A stretch of 64,000 nucleotides of DNA. It comes from Rhynchobatus australiae. Taxonomy: Eukaryota. Numbering within the stretch: the stretch's first letter is position 1; each line of letters begins with the position of its first letter. Where the stretch lies: NCBI GenBank assembly GCA_034780895.1, contig JAUZTB010000107.1, positions 18,860,689 through 18,924,688 on the forward strand, written 5' to 3'. Under the pieces are notes generated by a model that saw nothing but the letters and a program-made list of their open reading frames with translations, made no database searches and was not told where the DNA came from. The translations under genes were made by a program, and so were the position numbers. Positions 11,151 to 24,290 of this stretch are shown piece after piece.

Positions 11151-12504
11151 GGTAATTGTTTGCTATCAAGTTTTAAACATAACAGGTAGCAGCAATTATA
11201 ACAACTGTTACTTGAAGAAAGATTTTGGCATGTTTTAACTGCAAAAGGTTATCCTGAACATGTATTAATAAGAAGTTTACATTGGAATCCAAACACTAAA
11301 AATTAGGGTCAATTAGTAAGGATGTTGTTGACCAAATAATTGAGGAGCAGAGGGAAGGTTGTGAGTAAGAGGCAGCTGTGAGGATTATTTATGATTCTGT
11401 GACTATGTAAAAGATGGGTTCTGAGTATGTAAAAGATGGAATACTGGGTCAAAACAAGGACCTATTGGGGGAGTAAATATAGTGTCTCTAGATTTTGTTT
11501 TGAGAACATTAGCTTGTCCTAGTATTATGGACACATTAATGCTCCATAGGGATTTCTGACCTGTGACGGGGGCAAAGATTCTCTTGGGACATAAATTATC
11601 TACCTTTTAAAACAAGCATAAAAGTCATGGACTTAGGCTGTACAACTTTTTGACATGCTATTTTGGCAGTTGATTCCATTACCTGTGAGTTTGTCATTGT
11701 ATGTGATCATTAATAAGCATGTGTTTCAGTAAATAAAAAGATTATTATGATTATTTCAAATACCAAGCAAAACCATTATTGTCAGTATTTTTGTTCATGT
11801 GTTTTTATTAGTGAATAGTTTGTAAAATAAAACTTCCATTGTTGCATGTCATTCACATCTGTGAAGTAAATGTTTTGTGAATTCATTTTCAAGATTTACT
11901 TGTAGGTTTTGGTGGTTGTATTTTTTTACCCATGGGATTTGTGTTTTAGCATGCAGGATCCTCATCCTTCAGGATTATTGCAGTAGTACATTGTCAGAAA
12001 ATAAGTAGGAGAGTGGGCTTTCTGTGGGAGCTGATGTGGACAAAATGGTTTTCTTTTAAGTTGTGAGAAAATAGGAAAAATGTGAGAACTAAGTTTTTTT
12101 TCTGGTCATTTCCTACTGATCAATCGATTCACTTATTATGTTTACCAATCTAGTTATTGATTGCATATTTCAATGTACAGTAAGTTTTCCTTTAATGTTA
12201 TAGCCTATTTTAGGAAACAATAGATTTTTAGCTAAAAGTTCACAGGGATAGGTATGTTAATGAAAGATGTTACTTGGGCACCAGCTTTTGTGATACAACT
12301 AAAACTAATGCTAGTGCTCAACACTGTGAACTATAGGAAAATTATTGAGCAACTTTTAAACATAAATATAGACAAGGAATAAGGTTATGAAAAAATTAGT
12401 AGGAAGTACATAAATCACTGTACCTTAATGATTTCTGGTAGTCATAAGGAATGCAGATTTATTCTTAAATATGCATAATATATTCACTGAGGAATAACCG
12501 TATA

Positions 12505-13600
12505 ATACTTGCTCAATAAAAGTGAAGGATAAACTGGGTAATTATAGACCTATTATTCTAATATCAGCAATTGTAAATTCTTTGTATCCATAATGAAAAG
12601 TAAAAATGTGTAAGTAGCTAGAAAAGCAAGGCCTGTTCAAGAAATACACTTTATTTGAAGATGTGATAATTGTTTGGATGAAGAAAGTATGTTAGAAATA
12701 GAGTATGAATTTTCTTAAGGTGCATCACAGAAGGTTTGTTGGACATCTTAAGTCAGAGCTATAACAGGAAATTGTAAATTGCCAAAAGAAAACTGGCATG
12801 CAAAAATGAAACAAATAAGTTAGGATAAGCGAGTGCTGCTCTGATTAGAGAAGGATTGAACATATTAGGGTCAGTCTGGTTCTCTTTTCTGTTGGATGAC
12901 TTTAGATATTAGGAACCTAGTTTCAAAATTTGATGACAGTAGTGAGAGCCTGATAGACAGCAATGAGGAATTTAAAGACTTCAGGAAAACATAAGATAAC
13001 ATAATGAGCAGACAGATGGTGGGTCAATTTAACATAAGACATATGATTTAATACTACGTGGGAGAGCAGACAATAAATGGAAACATACCTTCAAAGGTAT
13101 TCTGTTTAATGGAATGCTCTAAGATAGATAATTGGTATGCTATTAAAATATAGGTAGCACAATGGAGTTTTGTTTTGATGTTGAAGGGGATAAGGATGAC
13201 AGAATGACCTCCGATTCAAAATTCCCCTAAAGTGTGACTGAATATAAACACTGTTCATTTTTATGCCTTTAATTTGGNNNNNNNNNNNNNNNNNNNNNNN
13301 NNNNNNNNNNNNNNNNNNNNNNNNNNNNNNNNNNNNNNNNNNNNNNNNNNNNNNNNNNNNNNNNNNNNNNNNNNNNNCTCTAGAAGTCTCTGTCCCTTAT
13401 TGAGGGTGAAGGCCAGATCGCTGGAAACAGTTAAGGTAGAGAAAGATAAATATTTGAAAGATTGAGGAAATGAGGATTATGATAAATTGGCTCAGAAGGG
13501 GAGCTGAGGCAGCATAGATCTGCCATGATCATATTAGTTGGTGGGGCAGGCTTCATGGGCCAAGTAGCCTAATTCCACCTATTTTCTTGTGTTCTTGTTG
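12505..13600 (+). mobile_element. Old CR1 LINE RT fragments and CR1 3' end (spans a gap)
   Basis: ctgggtaattatagacctattattcta (GNYRPI.L), tcaaaatttgatgac (SKF.DD), and a CR1 3' UTR at 13378-13600. Confidence 0.55.
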
Positions 13601-14116
13601 CAGAGACTGAACTGCCATTATTCATGCATGTGAATGGACTTCTTATGGAAAAATTGGAAATCACAGTCATGAATTTCCTTTCTTTAAAGAAACATGATGC
13701 AAGTAAATAAAGATAGGGCAACACATTACATTAAAGTCCATGTCATGAAGAATTCTGATGATCAATGCTCTCTCCAAAAATCTGTTCAAAGTTAACATTT
13801 GCTCTTCATACTTTTCCCTCCATGAACTTGCATCATGTATTTCATTATTGACAAGTTTGTGATGTTGTGACATTGAAGCAGAAATTAAGTAGAGAGTAGG
13901 GAACCAACTGGAGGATATGTTGCCCGAATGCAACATGTAAACATTTAAGCTTCACTCATGTTGGTATCTAAGCTAATTATTGTTGAGATTGCTTTTTGAC
14001 ATTATTCTGAGGATATTCGTTAATTTCAGTATAACAAAATAAAAATGGCATTGCTTGCTTTTGAAATATATTTAAACCATGTTTAAGCTTGTGACCTCTA
14101 TGACAATGAATTGCAG

Positions 14117-14327
14117 GTTCTAAAACCATGGAATGAAGGTGAACGGAGGTGGTTGGTCTTCAGCCATAATGTGGAGCTGCCCGTTACTAAAGAATTACTA
14201 TTAACACTTGTCCCTCACATAATGACACTTCAGATTTGGGAAGGTAAAGATAAAGTGAGCCCAAAGGCCAAGTTTGATCGCCCTAAGAACTTACATCATC
14301 AATTGGCGAAGGAAGGAGCAAGCTTAG
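14117..14327 (+). CDS. cfap92: cfap92 coding exon (DUF4550)
   Basis: ttgcag acceptor, phase 0; VLKPWNEGERRWLVFSHNVELPVTKELLLTLVPHIMTLQIWEGKDKVSPKAKFDRPK resembles KIAA1257 VKPWHEGDKAW...VTKELL...HKITL.LW.TKDK; G|gtgagt donor, phase 1. Confidence 0.93.
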
Positions 14328-14892
14328 GTGAGTAAGAGGAGGTGCATTCTTCTGCAGTCTCNNNNNNNNNNTATTGTAAAAGATAAAAAGAGTATTTAAA
14401 ACATGCAAAACCATGATATAAATAACATAATTATTATCATATTTGGGTAATAAAAACTATTTTAAAATTTAAATACCATTAGAAATGATATTGATTTTTG
14501 GGGTTAGAGAAAAAAACAAACTGGATGTTAAAGCTATCAAAGGTAAAATATTTTGCTTTGTATTCTTATTAAGATGCATGAAATTTGGCAGTGTACTGGG
14601 GCTGTAGATCGGTCTGCCGACATATTTTGTCCCAATGTGAAGTTTGTTACATTAAAAGGGAAACAGAGTAGCAAGTAGGGGGACAAATGGAAAACATTTC
14701 GATTGGACTGTTGACTAACTTATTTTCCCTCACACAAAAGGCATCCCTGTGTTTTTTGTGAGGACAAATAAATTAATAAATAACATGCTAATAGTATCTT
14801 CAGGAGCATAGTGTAAAATGGATGAGTTTAAATTATTGTTGTATTCTGAAGTATTGCATATTCATAATGACTAGCTGATTTCATTTTGCAAG

Positions 14893-15116
14893 GTGGTATA
14901 AAAAATCTAGTTAAGTGGCAANNNNNNNNNNNNNNNNNNNNNNNNNNNNNNNNNNNNNNNNNNNNNNNNNNNNNNNNNNNNNNNNNNNNNNNNNNNNNNN
15001 NNNNNNNNNNNNNNNNNNNNNGGGGCAATTGGAATTGTTAGAAAACAGCCCCCTCTTGACAACCTATAAAGCAACAGATGATGTGTCACCAGAGTCCATG
15101 AACATTGCTGTGCAAG
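14893..15116 (+). CDS. cfap92: cfap92 coding exon(s) spanning a 100-N gap
   Basis: ttttgcaag acceptor, phase 1, gives GGIKNLVKWQ. After the gap only one frame is open (GQLELLENSPLLTT...NIAVQ), ending G|gtaaga. The gap could hide an intron. Confidence 0.7.
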
Positions 15117-16439
15117 GTAAGAGTCAGAACACCCTACAAAATATTAGCATGATGGGCACTGTAGATGGTGTACTTCCATTTTTATTTAATTACATGAATA
15201 ATGAAGAGTTTTCTGAAAACATTGAAAAGCCTAGCATGTAAAATGATACTTATTTATTCCATGCATATTGTAGGACTTTTTGTTTAAATGTGTTTGTGGG
15301 GCACTATTTAACCATTGGAATATTAATCAAGGCAAAACATGAAGAAATGAAGGGAATTTTACATGTGTATTTCTGGCCCCCTCTTAACCACACATCTGTA
15401 CAATTTCCTCCCTTTTATATTTGCAGCATCCTAAATATTTTGTGTAAGCATCTCTACAATGATGAGTATAATTTCTAGGTACATTGTTCCCACACACTAA
15501 TAATGGCATTGAAGCCAATGAAAACAATTTAGTGGACACACAGTGGTTACATTATCATGTGTCANNNNNNNNNNNNNNNNNNNNNNNNNNNNNNNNNNNN
15601 NNNNNNNNNNNNNNNNNNNNNNNNNNNNNNNNNNNNNNNNNNNNNNNNNNNNNNNNNNNNNNNNNNNNNNNNNNNNNNNNNNNNNNNNNNNNNNNNNNNN
15701 NNNNNNNNNNNNNNNNNNNNNNNNNNNNNNNNNNNNNNNNNNNNNNNNNNNNNNNNNNNNNNNNNNNNNNNNNNNNNNNNNNNNNNNNNNNNNNNNNNNN
15801 NNNNNNNNNNNNNNNNNNNNNNNNNNNNNNNNNNNNNNNNNNNNNNNNNNNNNNNNNNNNNNNNNNNNNNNNNNNNNNNNNNNNNNNNNNNNNNNNNNNN
15901 NNNNNNNNNNNNNNNNNNNNNNNNNNNNNNNNNNNNNNNNNNNNNNNNNNNNNNNNNNNNNNNNNNNNNNNNNNNNNNNNNNNNNNNACAACTACAGAGG
16001 TAACATTGGCATTCACTTTTTAGGATGACCTTTGTTGAATATGCACTAGGTAATACGATAAACCTGCCAAAACTGCTTTCTTTTATCATTATTAAAGTGT
16101 AATTAAATATTGATATCTTTTTTACATTAGTTTTATAGGCGGTGTTGCATAATGTTTTCATATTGCTCTACTTCATTGAATGTAAACACATTTGACGTTC
16201 TTAGAATTAAATAATCATAGAAATAAATAATTAAAAGGCCAAAGGATTTGAATTTGTAATCAGTGTTTTCATTATTACTTGTAAGTTGTTGTTACTGATC
16301 TTTCTGTTTCCTGAGTAACATTAGGGATTATCAAAATAGACATCACAAAGCACAAGCATTAACTGTATCTAAATTGGGAGTTTGTTACATTCATGTTGCC
16401 ATCCTGTATCTGGTACCTGAGCTTTGTTGTTGGTTACCT

Positions 16440-17085
16440 GGGTGGCATGGTATGGCAGGCACGGTAGTGTAGCAGTTAGTATAACGGTATTACAGCGCTA
16501 GTGACCCAGGTTCAATTCCTGCTGCTGTCTGTAAGGAGTTGGTATGCTCTCTCCCCATTACTGCTTGGGTTTCCTCCAGGTGCTCTGGTTTCCTCCCGCA
16601 TTCCAAAGATGTACAGGTTAGGAAGTTGTGGACATGCTATGTTGGCGCAGGAAGTGTGGCAACACTTGCGGGCTGCCCCCAGCACATTCTATGCAAAAGA
16701 TGCATTTCACTGTGTGTTTCGATGTACATGTGACTAATAAAGATATCTTATCTTAGTGGCACAGCCGATTGAACTGCTGTCTCACAGTTCCAACTATTCA
16801 GGTTCAATCCTGTCCTTGGGTGCTGTCTGTGTGGAGTTGGCATGTTCTCCTTGTGACCTTGTGATTTCTTCTGGGTGTTCTCCAGTTTCCTCCCATTATC
16901 TCAAAAGGTTTGTAGGTTAATTGGCCACTGTAAATTGCCAGTGTGTAGGTGAGTGGTGAAATCTAGGGGGNNNNNNNNNNNNAACATGGGGGGAATAAAA
17001 TGGGATGAATATTGTTGGGCCTCGAAGTTGACATGGACTCATTGGGGGAAAAAGTGCTTGCTTCCATGCTGTATGACTCTAATAC
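16440..17085 (+). mobile_element. HE1-like V-SINE (host of a nested SINE)
   Basis: Head split by an insertion (ggtggcatgg...gtggcacagc..ctgctgtctcacag), B-box ggttcaatcc, V-domain (tgtctgtgtggagttggcatgttctcc...ggttaattggccactgtaaattgcc) and CR1-like tail. Confidence 0.75.
16454..16755 (+). mobile_element. tRNA-derived V-type SINE nested in the HE1 head
   Basis: A-box-like ggtagtgtagcagttag, B-box ggttcaattcc, V-like core (tgggtttcctccaggtgctctggtttcctcccgcattccaaaga) and a tail ending aataaa-gatatcttatctta. Confidence 0.8.
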
Positions 17086-18407
17086 TCTAAATGTTTCAGG
17101 ATTCTTGATGCGTCAATTGGAATGATTATATTAGCCCAATGTACAAGTATGCTGTTTGATAGTACAGTTAATGAGCTTTACATCATGATACTCAGAAATT
17201 TATGCAGAAAAGTATTTACAAGCCTCAATGATTTAGAAAATGTGCTTCAAAAGGATTATTCTACTGTATATCCCAAATGGAACAAAGAAGTATCCAACAT
17301 TCACTTACATGTTTAGGATAAGTATTTTGTGATAGATTATAATCGTAACAAAATGACTCTTTAATCATTAGATGTCCAAATGCTGATTTTACAAATGTGT
17401 CTGGTGATGAAAAGCCCCGCCTGTTGGTTACAAATATTGGAAGGTCAAATGTATGTGGCCAAGTGTCTGCGGCTGTGCTGATAAACCCCTGTGAATTTAT
17501 GACTAGGCTTTTCTCTAGTGACCAAGCAGTCTGAGGGTAAAATTGGTAATGAATTTGTCAAAGATAACTAGTTAAACTATCATGGTATACATCATTTTAT
17601 TTGAATGTTAAATTCTGCAACTCAACTTTCATATTGAAATATCTACAGGATTCTTTCTTATGGTTTATGTAAAGAACTTTGTCGAATATGATTAGTGAAG
17701 AAAGCAATCTGAAAAATGTGACCTTCAAATAAAGTTTGCATTGGTGTTACACGATACAGGGTGACATCACTTCATCACAGAAGACCTATCTGGAGGATGA
17801 TATTGTCTGTGCAGTTTGTCACTTTGACATGTTTTATTTTTTAGTAGAACTCAGCAGCCTAGGCTACAGCTGTCACTGAGAAGGGTGCACGGGGAGGTCA
17901 GGTGCTAGCTATATTTTCCAGAGATAATGTAAAGCAGGTGTTGGTCATTCCCTCATACTGAAAACTGGCTGAGCTCTTGACATTTGGATTGATCATCTGT
18001 CAGTGATAAGATTAAATGTTTAAAAGTTTGAGCATCAATGTTTTCAATCTTTGAAAAATTAATAAATCTTAGCTTTGTAATGAACCTATAATGGGGTCGT
18101 GGTGTTGTCATATTTTTAACAGGTCACTTTCACGTAATGCTAAGGAACATTGTCCAGATAGTTTATGAGGAGCAGACAGAAAAGTTTTCAAGAATAATAT
18201 TTTACAATAGACATACAATTGCCTTTCATTATTTTGCAGTCAGTTGGGTGAATACACCATTCAAATCTTTCCACTACAAGACATAACATTTATTTGAAAA
18301 TGCTAGATATTTCAAAAGGGTTTAATTTTAAGGCTGTTCCCCTTGGTTCCTTTTGAACATTTATTCTGAACACGAAGTAATATTTCACTCTATCAATGCT
18401 TTTGTAG

Positions 18408-18472
18408 CACAGTCTGCTATGGCACAGTTCCTTTCTGATGGAATCGATTTGTTGAAGAACTCTGAGCTCAGT
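18408..18472 (+). CDS. cfap92: Candidate cfap92 linker exon (AQSAMAQFLSDGIDLLKNSELS)
   Basis: gcttttgtag acceptor, phase 1, and AGT|gtaatt donor, phase 0. Links exon 15116 to exon 25908 in frame; no homology support. Confidence 0.35.
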
Positions 18473-18611
18473 GTAATTCAATGCTAATTCACAACTCATT
18501 TTCCTAGTTAACCAATACTATTTGATTTCACGGGAAGTTTGTCACTGTAAAAGTCATCTTGTCCACGTAACTGTTTGGGTATTTCCCCCACTTTGTTTTT
18601 GTTTTGCTTTG

Positions 18612-18790
18612 ACATGGAACATAGAACAGTACAGCATAGAAACAGGCCCTTTGGCCCATGATGTCTGCACCGACCATGAGGCCAATCTAAACTAATCACA
18701 TCTGCCTGCACAAGCTCCATACCCCTTTATTTCCTGCCTGTTCATGTGTCTATCTACGTGCTTCTTAAATGTTGCTGTCATATCTACATC
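18612..18790 (-). mobile_element. CR1 3' end fragment
   Basis: catagaacagtacagcatagaaacaggccctttggccca... is the antisense CR1/HE1 tail. Confidence 0.7.
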
Positions 18791-19074
18791 TCATCTATTT
18801 GCTTTAATATCCTTATATGTGATTCTATTTATCAACAATTGAAGTCAGACAAATTAATGTCAATTGCACAAAGATTGCTTGCTCTTCATTGCATCTTTCT
18901 TTAAGCCTTCATGATCATTGTCACTTTGTCATTGACAGCAAAGTACAGGGTTGTTTTCTTTGGAGTTCTTGTTTGCTTTATACAGGTTTTATGAACTGAA
19001 TTTACTCCAAAGCAAACTATTGCCCTTTGACCCTTCATTCCATCAATTATTTCCCACACACCAATTGAAAACTT

Positions 19075-19530
19075 TACTGGATTTAATATTAGGGCAGATG
19101 AGCAAAAGACATCAAAGACTTAATGAATGGTCTTGAAGAATGAAAAGTCATTATGTAGAGTTTAGGGAGAGTAGAATAAGGGAGGTAGGCTCATGCTTTG
19201 GGATATTCGTGTCTAGAGATAACAACAGCCGGGGTCAGGGTCTCAGCAGCAGAGCATGTGAGCTGAGGTAGGGTGGGAGGTTTTGTGAGATGGAAGTTCA
19301 TGAACTTGGCATGGATATGTGACTGAATGCTTTTCTTTGGTTTAAATAAAATATCAAAACTCTGAATAGCAAGAAACCGCTGAAAGATATTAACCTTGTG
19401 AGTGTATACCAAAGGCTGGACAAATAGGGTTTGGAAAGTGCAATTGCAACTGAATTGAGAGAGAGTTCTTTCCAGGGATGAAAATAGAAGGGAGTTGAGT
19501 TGGGTGAATGAAAGGATAGTATGGCAAGGA
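19075..19530 (-). mobile_element. Degenerate L2 LINE fragment
   Basis: Same motif order as 765-1290 (atattagggcagatgagcaaaag...gtttagggagag). Confidence 0.45.
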
Positions 19531-19994
19531 CGATATAAGGAAGTGATCAGAAATGATCTTGTATGTTTGGGGGGAAAATATTTGTAGATGCTGGAAATCT
19601 GAAATGATGCAAAACATAAACTGGCAAGCATCAGCAGGTAAGGCCATATGGGGGAGGGAGAAAGAAAATTTAACATTTTATCAGAACAAGAAAAGAGTCA
19701 AACCTATTTCCCACTCCAGGTAATCTGGAATTTACTCCAGTCAGAACCAGTTTCTTTCTCCATCCCTTTACAATACAACAATTTTTCACCACTCTCCCAA
19801 TTTGTGAAAATCCAATATCCTGGACAGTGGCACCTTGGAAGGAGCCAAGCTTATCAGTCGGTGAACCTGCTAATAATAAATATATTGGAATGTGTTAAAC
19901 CCCAGAGCAACTGGGGACATCATGCAAGCTCAGAGATGGTGAGTGAACAGGACCTTGTGCAAGGTAGACTGGGACACTTGTGGTGTGCCGGGGA

Positions 19995-20955
19995 TGTATG
20001 TTGGGACTGTTTGCAATATATATAAATGATTCGGCTGTACACGTACAAGGCATGGTTGGTAAGTTTGTTGATGATACTAAAATAGGAGGTATTGTAGACA
20101 GTAAAGAAGGCGATCAAAAATTACGGGGATCTTCACCATCCAGGTAAGGGGGCCAAGGAATGGCAAACAGCTTTCAATTCGGATACATGAGAAGTGTTGC
20201 ATTTTGGAAAGTCAAACCAGGGTAGGACTTGTACAGTGAATGGTTGGGCCCTGGGGAGTGTGGTGGAACAGAGGGACCTAGGAGTACATGTACATAGTTC
20301 ACTGAAAGTAGCGTCACAGGTAGACAGGGTGGTGAAGGAGGCGTTTGACATGCTGGACTTCACCAGTCAGGGCATTGAGTTTAGGAGTTGGGATGTTATG
20401 TTGCAGTTGTACAAGATGTTGATGAGACTGCACTTGGAGTTTTGTGTACGGTTTTGGTTGCCCTGTTATAAGAAAGACGTCATTAAACTGGAAAGAGTGC
20501 AGAGAAGACTTACAAGGATGTTGCCATGTCTCAAGGGACTGAGTTATAGAGAGAGGTTTTGCAGGCTCAGACTTTATTCCTTGGAGCATAGGAGACTGAG
20601 GGGGTAACTTGGAGGTGTATAAGATCATTAGGGGCATAGATAGGGTGACTGCATATAGTCTTTTTCCCATGAAAGGGGAACTAAAAGCTAGAGAGCATAC
20701 NNNNNNNNNNTAAGGTGAGAGGTGAAAGATTAAAAGGGACCTGAGGGGTAGCTTCTTCATGCAGAGGGTGGTGTGTATATGGAATGAGCTGCCAGAGAAA
20801 GTGGTTGATATAGGTACAATAACAACATTCAAAAGACATTTGGATAAGTACGTGGATAGGAGGGGTTTAGAGGGCTCTGGGCTAAATGCAGGCAAATGGG
20901 ACTAGCTTGGTGGGCACCGTGGTTGGCATGGATGAGTTAGGCTCTTACTCTATCA
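19995..20955 (+). mobile_element. CR1 LINE, 5'-truncated
   Basis: ORF 20194..20607: VLHFGKSN...EQRDLGV.VHSSLKVASQVDRVVK...HLEFCVRFW.P.YKKDVIKLERVQRRLTRMLP...; CR1 3' UTR. Confidence 0.92.
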
Positions 20956-21554
20956 GAGCTCCTTCCCATTGTTCCAGTAGATCTTGAAGCCTGTTATTTG
21001 TAGATCTTTTAAAAATTGTGAATCATAGTTTAGTGAATGGCATTCCTTTTAAATTTAAAGTAACGTTGATTTTCAGTAATATTAAAGATAGAACTGAAAT
21101 GGAACTATTACATTTTAATTGTATGTAGGCAAGGACAATGTATCATGAATCTTCCATACTTTAAGTATTGGCTAATGTAATATTTATATCAGCAAGCTTC
21201 AAATGTTCAAATATACATTATTGTATATTGTTATAGACCTTTGTTTTGCTAATTTAATCCATTCAAAGAGGTTTGCATGGTTAAATCTTGTTAATGTCTT
21301 CCAGCTGTTTACATAAATTAGCAAGTATTTTGAGAGGCAAGTAATTTAATCCTTGCATAGAGAGGATGCTTTTATTCATTATATCTATTAATACTTCTAA
21401 AGTTTTTTGTACATGTGCATCAGCTATAAATGTCGCATTTACTTATCTCATTACTGACAATATTAATATTATAAAATATGTGTGTTCTGATGCAGTCGCC
21501 ATTATGTGACTTCTAATAGTGTAAGCAAAGGAAAAGGGGGGAAAAAAGCTATAT

Positions 21555-22490
21555 TTCCTTATGGCAGGCGAGCATTGCTGGCAAAGCCAGTATTAATTAT
21601 TCATCTCTAATTGCCCCTAAACGATGGTAGTGAATGTGCATACAGTCCCTATGTTGAAAATGTCCCCACAGTGTTAGTGGGTAGGGACTTCTCGAATTTT
21701 GATCCAGAGATGAAGGAATGGCAATATATTTCCATTTCAAGGTGATTTGTGACTTGGATAGTAGCTCAAAAATGATGGTGCTCCATTTCACCTGCTGTGT
21801 TTGTTCCCCTGGACTTGTAGAGATCACAGGCATTGGAAATTTTGAAGGAGCCTTTGAGTTCCAGTAGATACCACATAGGTCACTGGTGGTGGAGAGAATA
21901 AATGCTTGAAGTGGTGGTTGGAAACTAATGAAGCAGAATGCATTATGCTGGATGATGTTGATTTTTCTGTGTGTTGGAGTTGTATTCATCCAGGCAGTTG
22001 ACAAGTATTCCATCTCTTTTCACTCAGGCCATTTAGACAGTATAAAGACTTTGGGAAGTCAGGAATTGAGTCACTTGATGCAGTTTGACCTGCTCTTGCA
22101 GAAACACTATTGATGTGAATGGACTAGTTGGATTTCTGGTCAGTGGTGACCACCAGGATGGTGTATGCTGGGGAACTTGGTGAGAGTAATGCTGTTAAAT
22201 GTCAAGGAGAAGTGGTCAGATTGCCACATTGACCTCAGCTTGGCAGCTTTCCATGATGCTACTCTTGGTCAAATTCTGGCTTAAAGTCAAGGAAAGCAAC
22301 TCTAACCTTCCATCTGGATTTTTATCCACATTTGTCCTAAGGTTATACTGAGGTCCTGGTAGAATGCCATTAGTGTGTATTTTCCACTGGATCACTCTTA
22401 TCACTTTGATGACTGCAGGTAACTGATTGGATCTGAGTTGCCTTTATTTGTGTATAGGACATACCTTGGTAATTTCCTATGATTTTGGGC
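21555..22490 (-). mobile_element. CR1-group LINE (second family) 3' fragment
   Basis: ORF 21597..22013(-) MEYLSTAWMNTTPTHRKINIIQHNA resembles MEYSPLAWMSAAPTTLKKLDTIQDKA; tail shared with the SINE at 58605-58970. Confidence 0.7.
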
Positions 22491-22639
22491 TGTGTAATCT
22501 TGTTTTCTATAACTAGTTTGTCGCGCTTTCCCAAGCATTGGCTCAGTTGGCAGCACTTTTGCCTCCTGTGTCACAACATTCTGGGCTCAAATCCTTAACC
22601 AGATACTTGAACACAAACATTTAGGTTGACAATTGAACA

Positions 22640-24290
22640 CAGAAACTTACATATGAATTAGCCCCTTGAGCATGCTCCTTCATATAATAAGATTGTTGCT
22701 TATCTGACTGTAGCCTCACTTCTGTGCTCACACCTACCCTGGTTACCTTTTTATCTCATTGCTTATCAAGAATCCATCTGTCTAAAAGTATTCAAAGACT
22801 CTGCTTTTGCCGCTCTTTTGCGGAAGTGAGTTCCAAAGACTCATGAATCTCGACTCCTAATTCTAGACTCACCCACAGGAGGAAAAGTCCTCTCCACATC
22901 CATCCTTTCAAGAACCTTGTATTTTTCAATCATGTCGCCTCTCACTCTTCTAAGCTTCATTGGATACAAGCCTAAGCTTGTCTAACATTCCCTCAAAGGC
23001 AACCTGCTTATTCCAGACATTAGTCTGGCAAACATTCTTTGAACTGCTCCAAACTATTTATATCCATCCTTAAAACAAAAAGGAAACCAATACTATACAA
23101 AGTACTCCAGTTGTGATCTTACTAATGGCTTCCATAACCGAAGTATGACTTCCCTAATTTTGTATTCCATTCCCATCACAAAATCCAATAATTTTCTATT
23201 AGTTTTTGTAATAACTTTATTATGTCTGCCTACTAGCCTTTTGTAAATCATGCGGTAGGACAACTAGATCCATGTGCATCTCAGTTCTGAAATCTCGTAC
23301 CATTTAAATAATGCTTCTTTGTACTTTTACTGCCAAAATGGACAATGGCACATTTTCCCATTTTATATTCCATTTGCCAGATCTTTTAACCTTTTAATCT
23401 TTTCACTTATCTCTATCCTTTTGTAGCCTTTATTTCCTTATTTTATGCCTTGAGCATATTTAGCAACCATATCTTTTGGTTCCTTCATCAAAGTCACTTT
23501 TATAAATAGTAATAAGTCCAAACACAGATCCCTGTGACACATCACCTGATACACCTTGCCAATCAGAAAATACATATTTATGCCTACTCTTTGTTTCCTG
23601 TTCTCTTCACATCATTATATTACCACCAATACACAGGTTTTTATTTTCTGCAATAATCTTTTGAGTGGTACCTCATCAAATGCCTTCAGAAATCTTTGTA
23701 CATCCACAAGTTCCCCTTTATCCACAATACATTACTTCTTCAAAGAATTCCAATCATTTGCTCAAATATGATTCCTCTTTTCATAAAACCACATTGATTT
23801 TTGCCTGAATTTTTCCAATGGCCCTGCTTGAATAATATCTTCTAACATTTTCTCTATGTCAAATGTTAAGCTAACTTGTTTGTAGTTTGTTTTTTTGTTT
23901 CTGTCTCCCTCCCTTTTTGAATAAGGGAGATGCATNNNNNNNNNNNNNNNNNNNNNNNNNNNNNNNNNNNNNNNNNNNNNNNNNNNNNNNNNNNNNNNNN
24001 NNNNNNNNNNNNNNNNNNNNNNNNNNNNNNNNNNNTAAGGGAGATGCATTTGGTATTTTACAAACTAATGGAACTTTCCCTGAATCTAGGGAATTTTACA
24101 AACTTAAAACCAACACCTCAACTCTCGCAGTAACCACTTCTTTTCAGACCTTAGGATGAAGTCCATCAGGATCTGAGGGCATATCAACACACACCTCACT
24201 TGCTCACTCCCTCTGTGATTATGATTTGCTTGAGTTCCTCTCGACCATTCATTTCCCAATTTGTAGCCATTTCTGGCATGTTACACTTAT
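22640..24290 (-). mobile_element. CR1 LINE fragment (degenerate)
   Basis: Antisense RT motifs (NYKQVSLT...KMLE.II; DF.KAFDEVP..RLL.KI) and a 3' UTR at ~22650. Confidence 0.75.

Noticed and set aside
16454-16525. tRNA gene-like A and B boxes (also at 10700, 61095 and 63775)
   Set aside because: These are SINE heads without a complete cloverleaf, and they continue into SINE bodies.
23922-24049. Direct repeat taagggagatgcat on both sides of a 100-N gap
   Set aside because: Most likely a contig-end overlap inside one CR1 copy, not a TSD.
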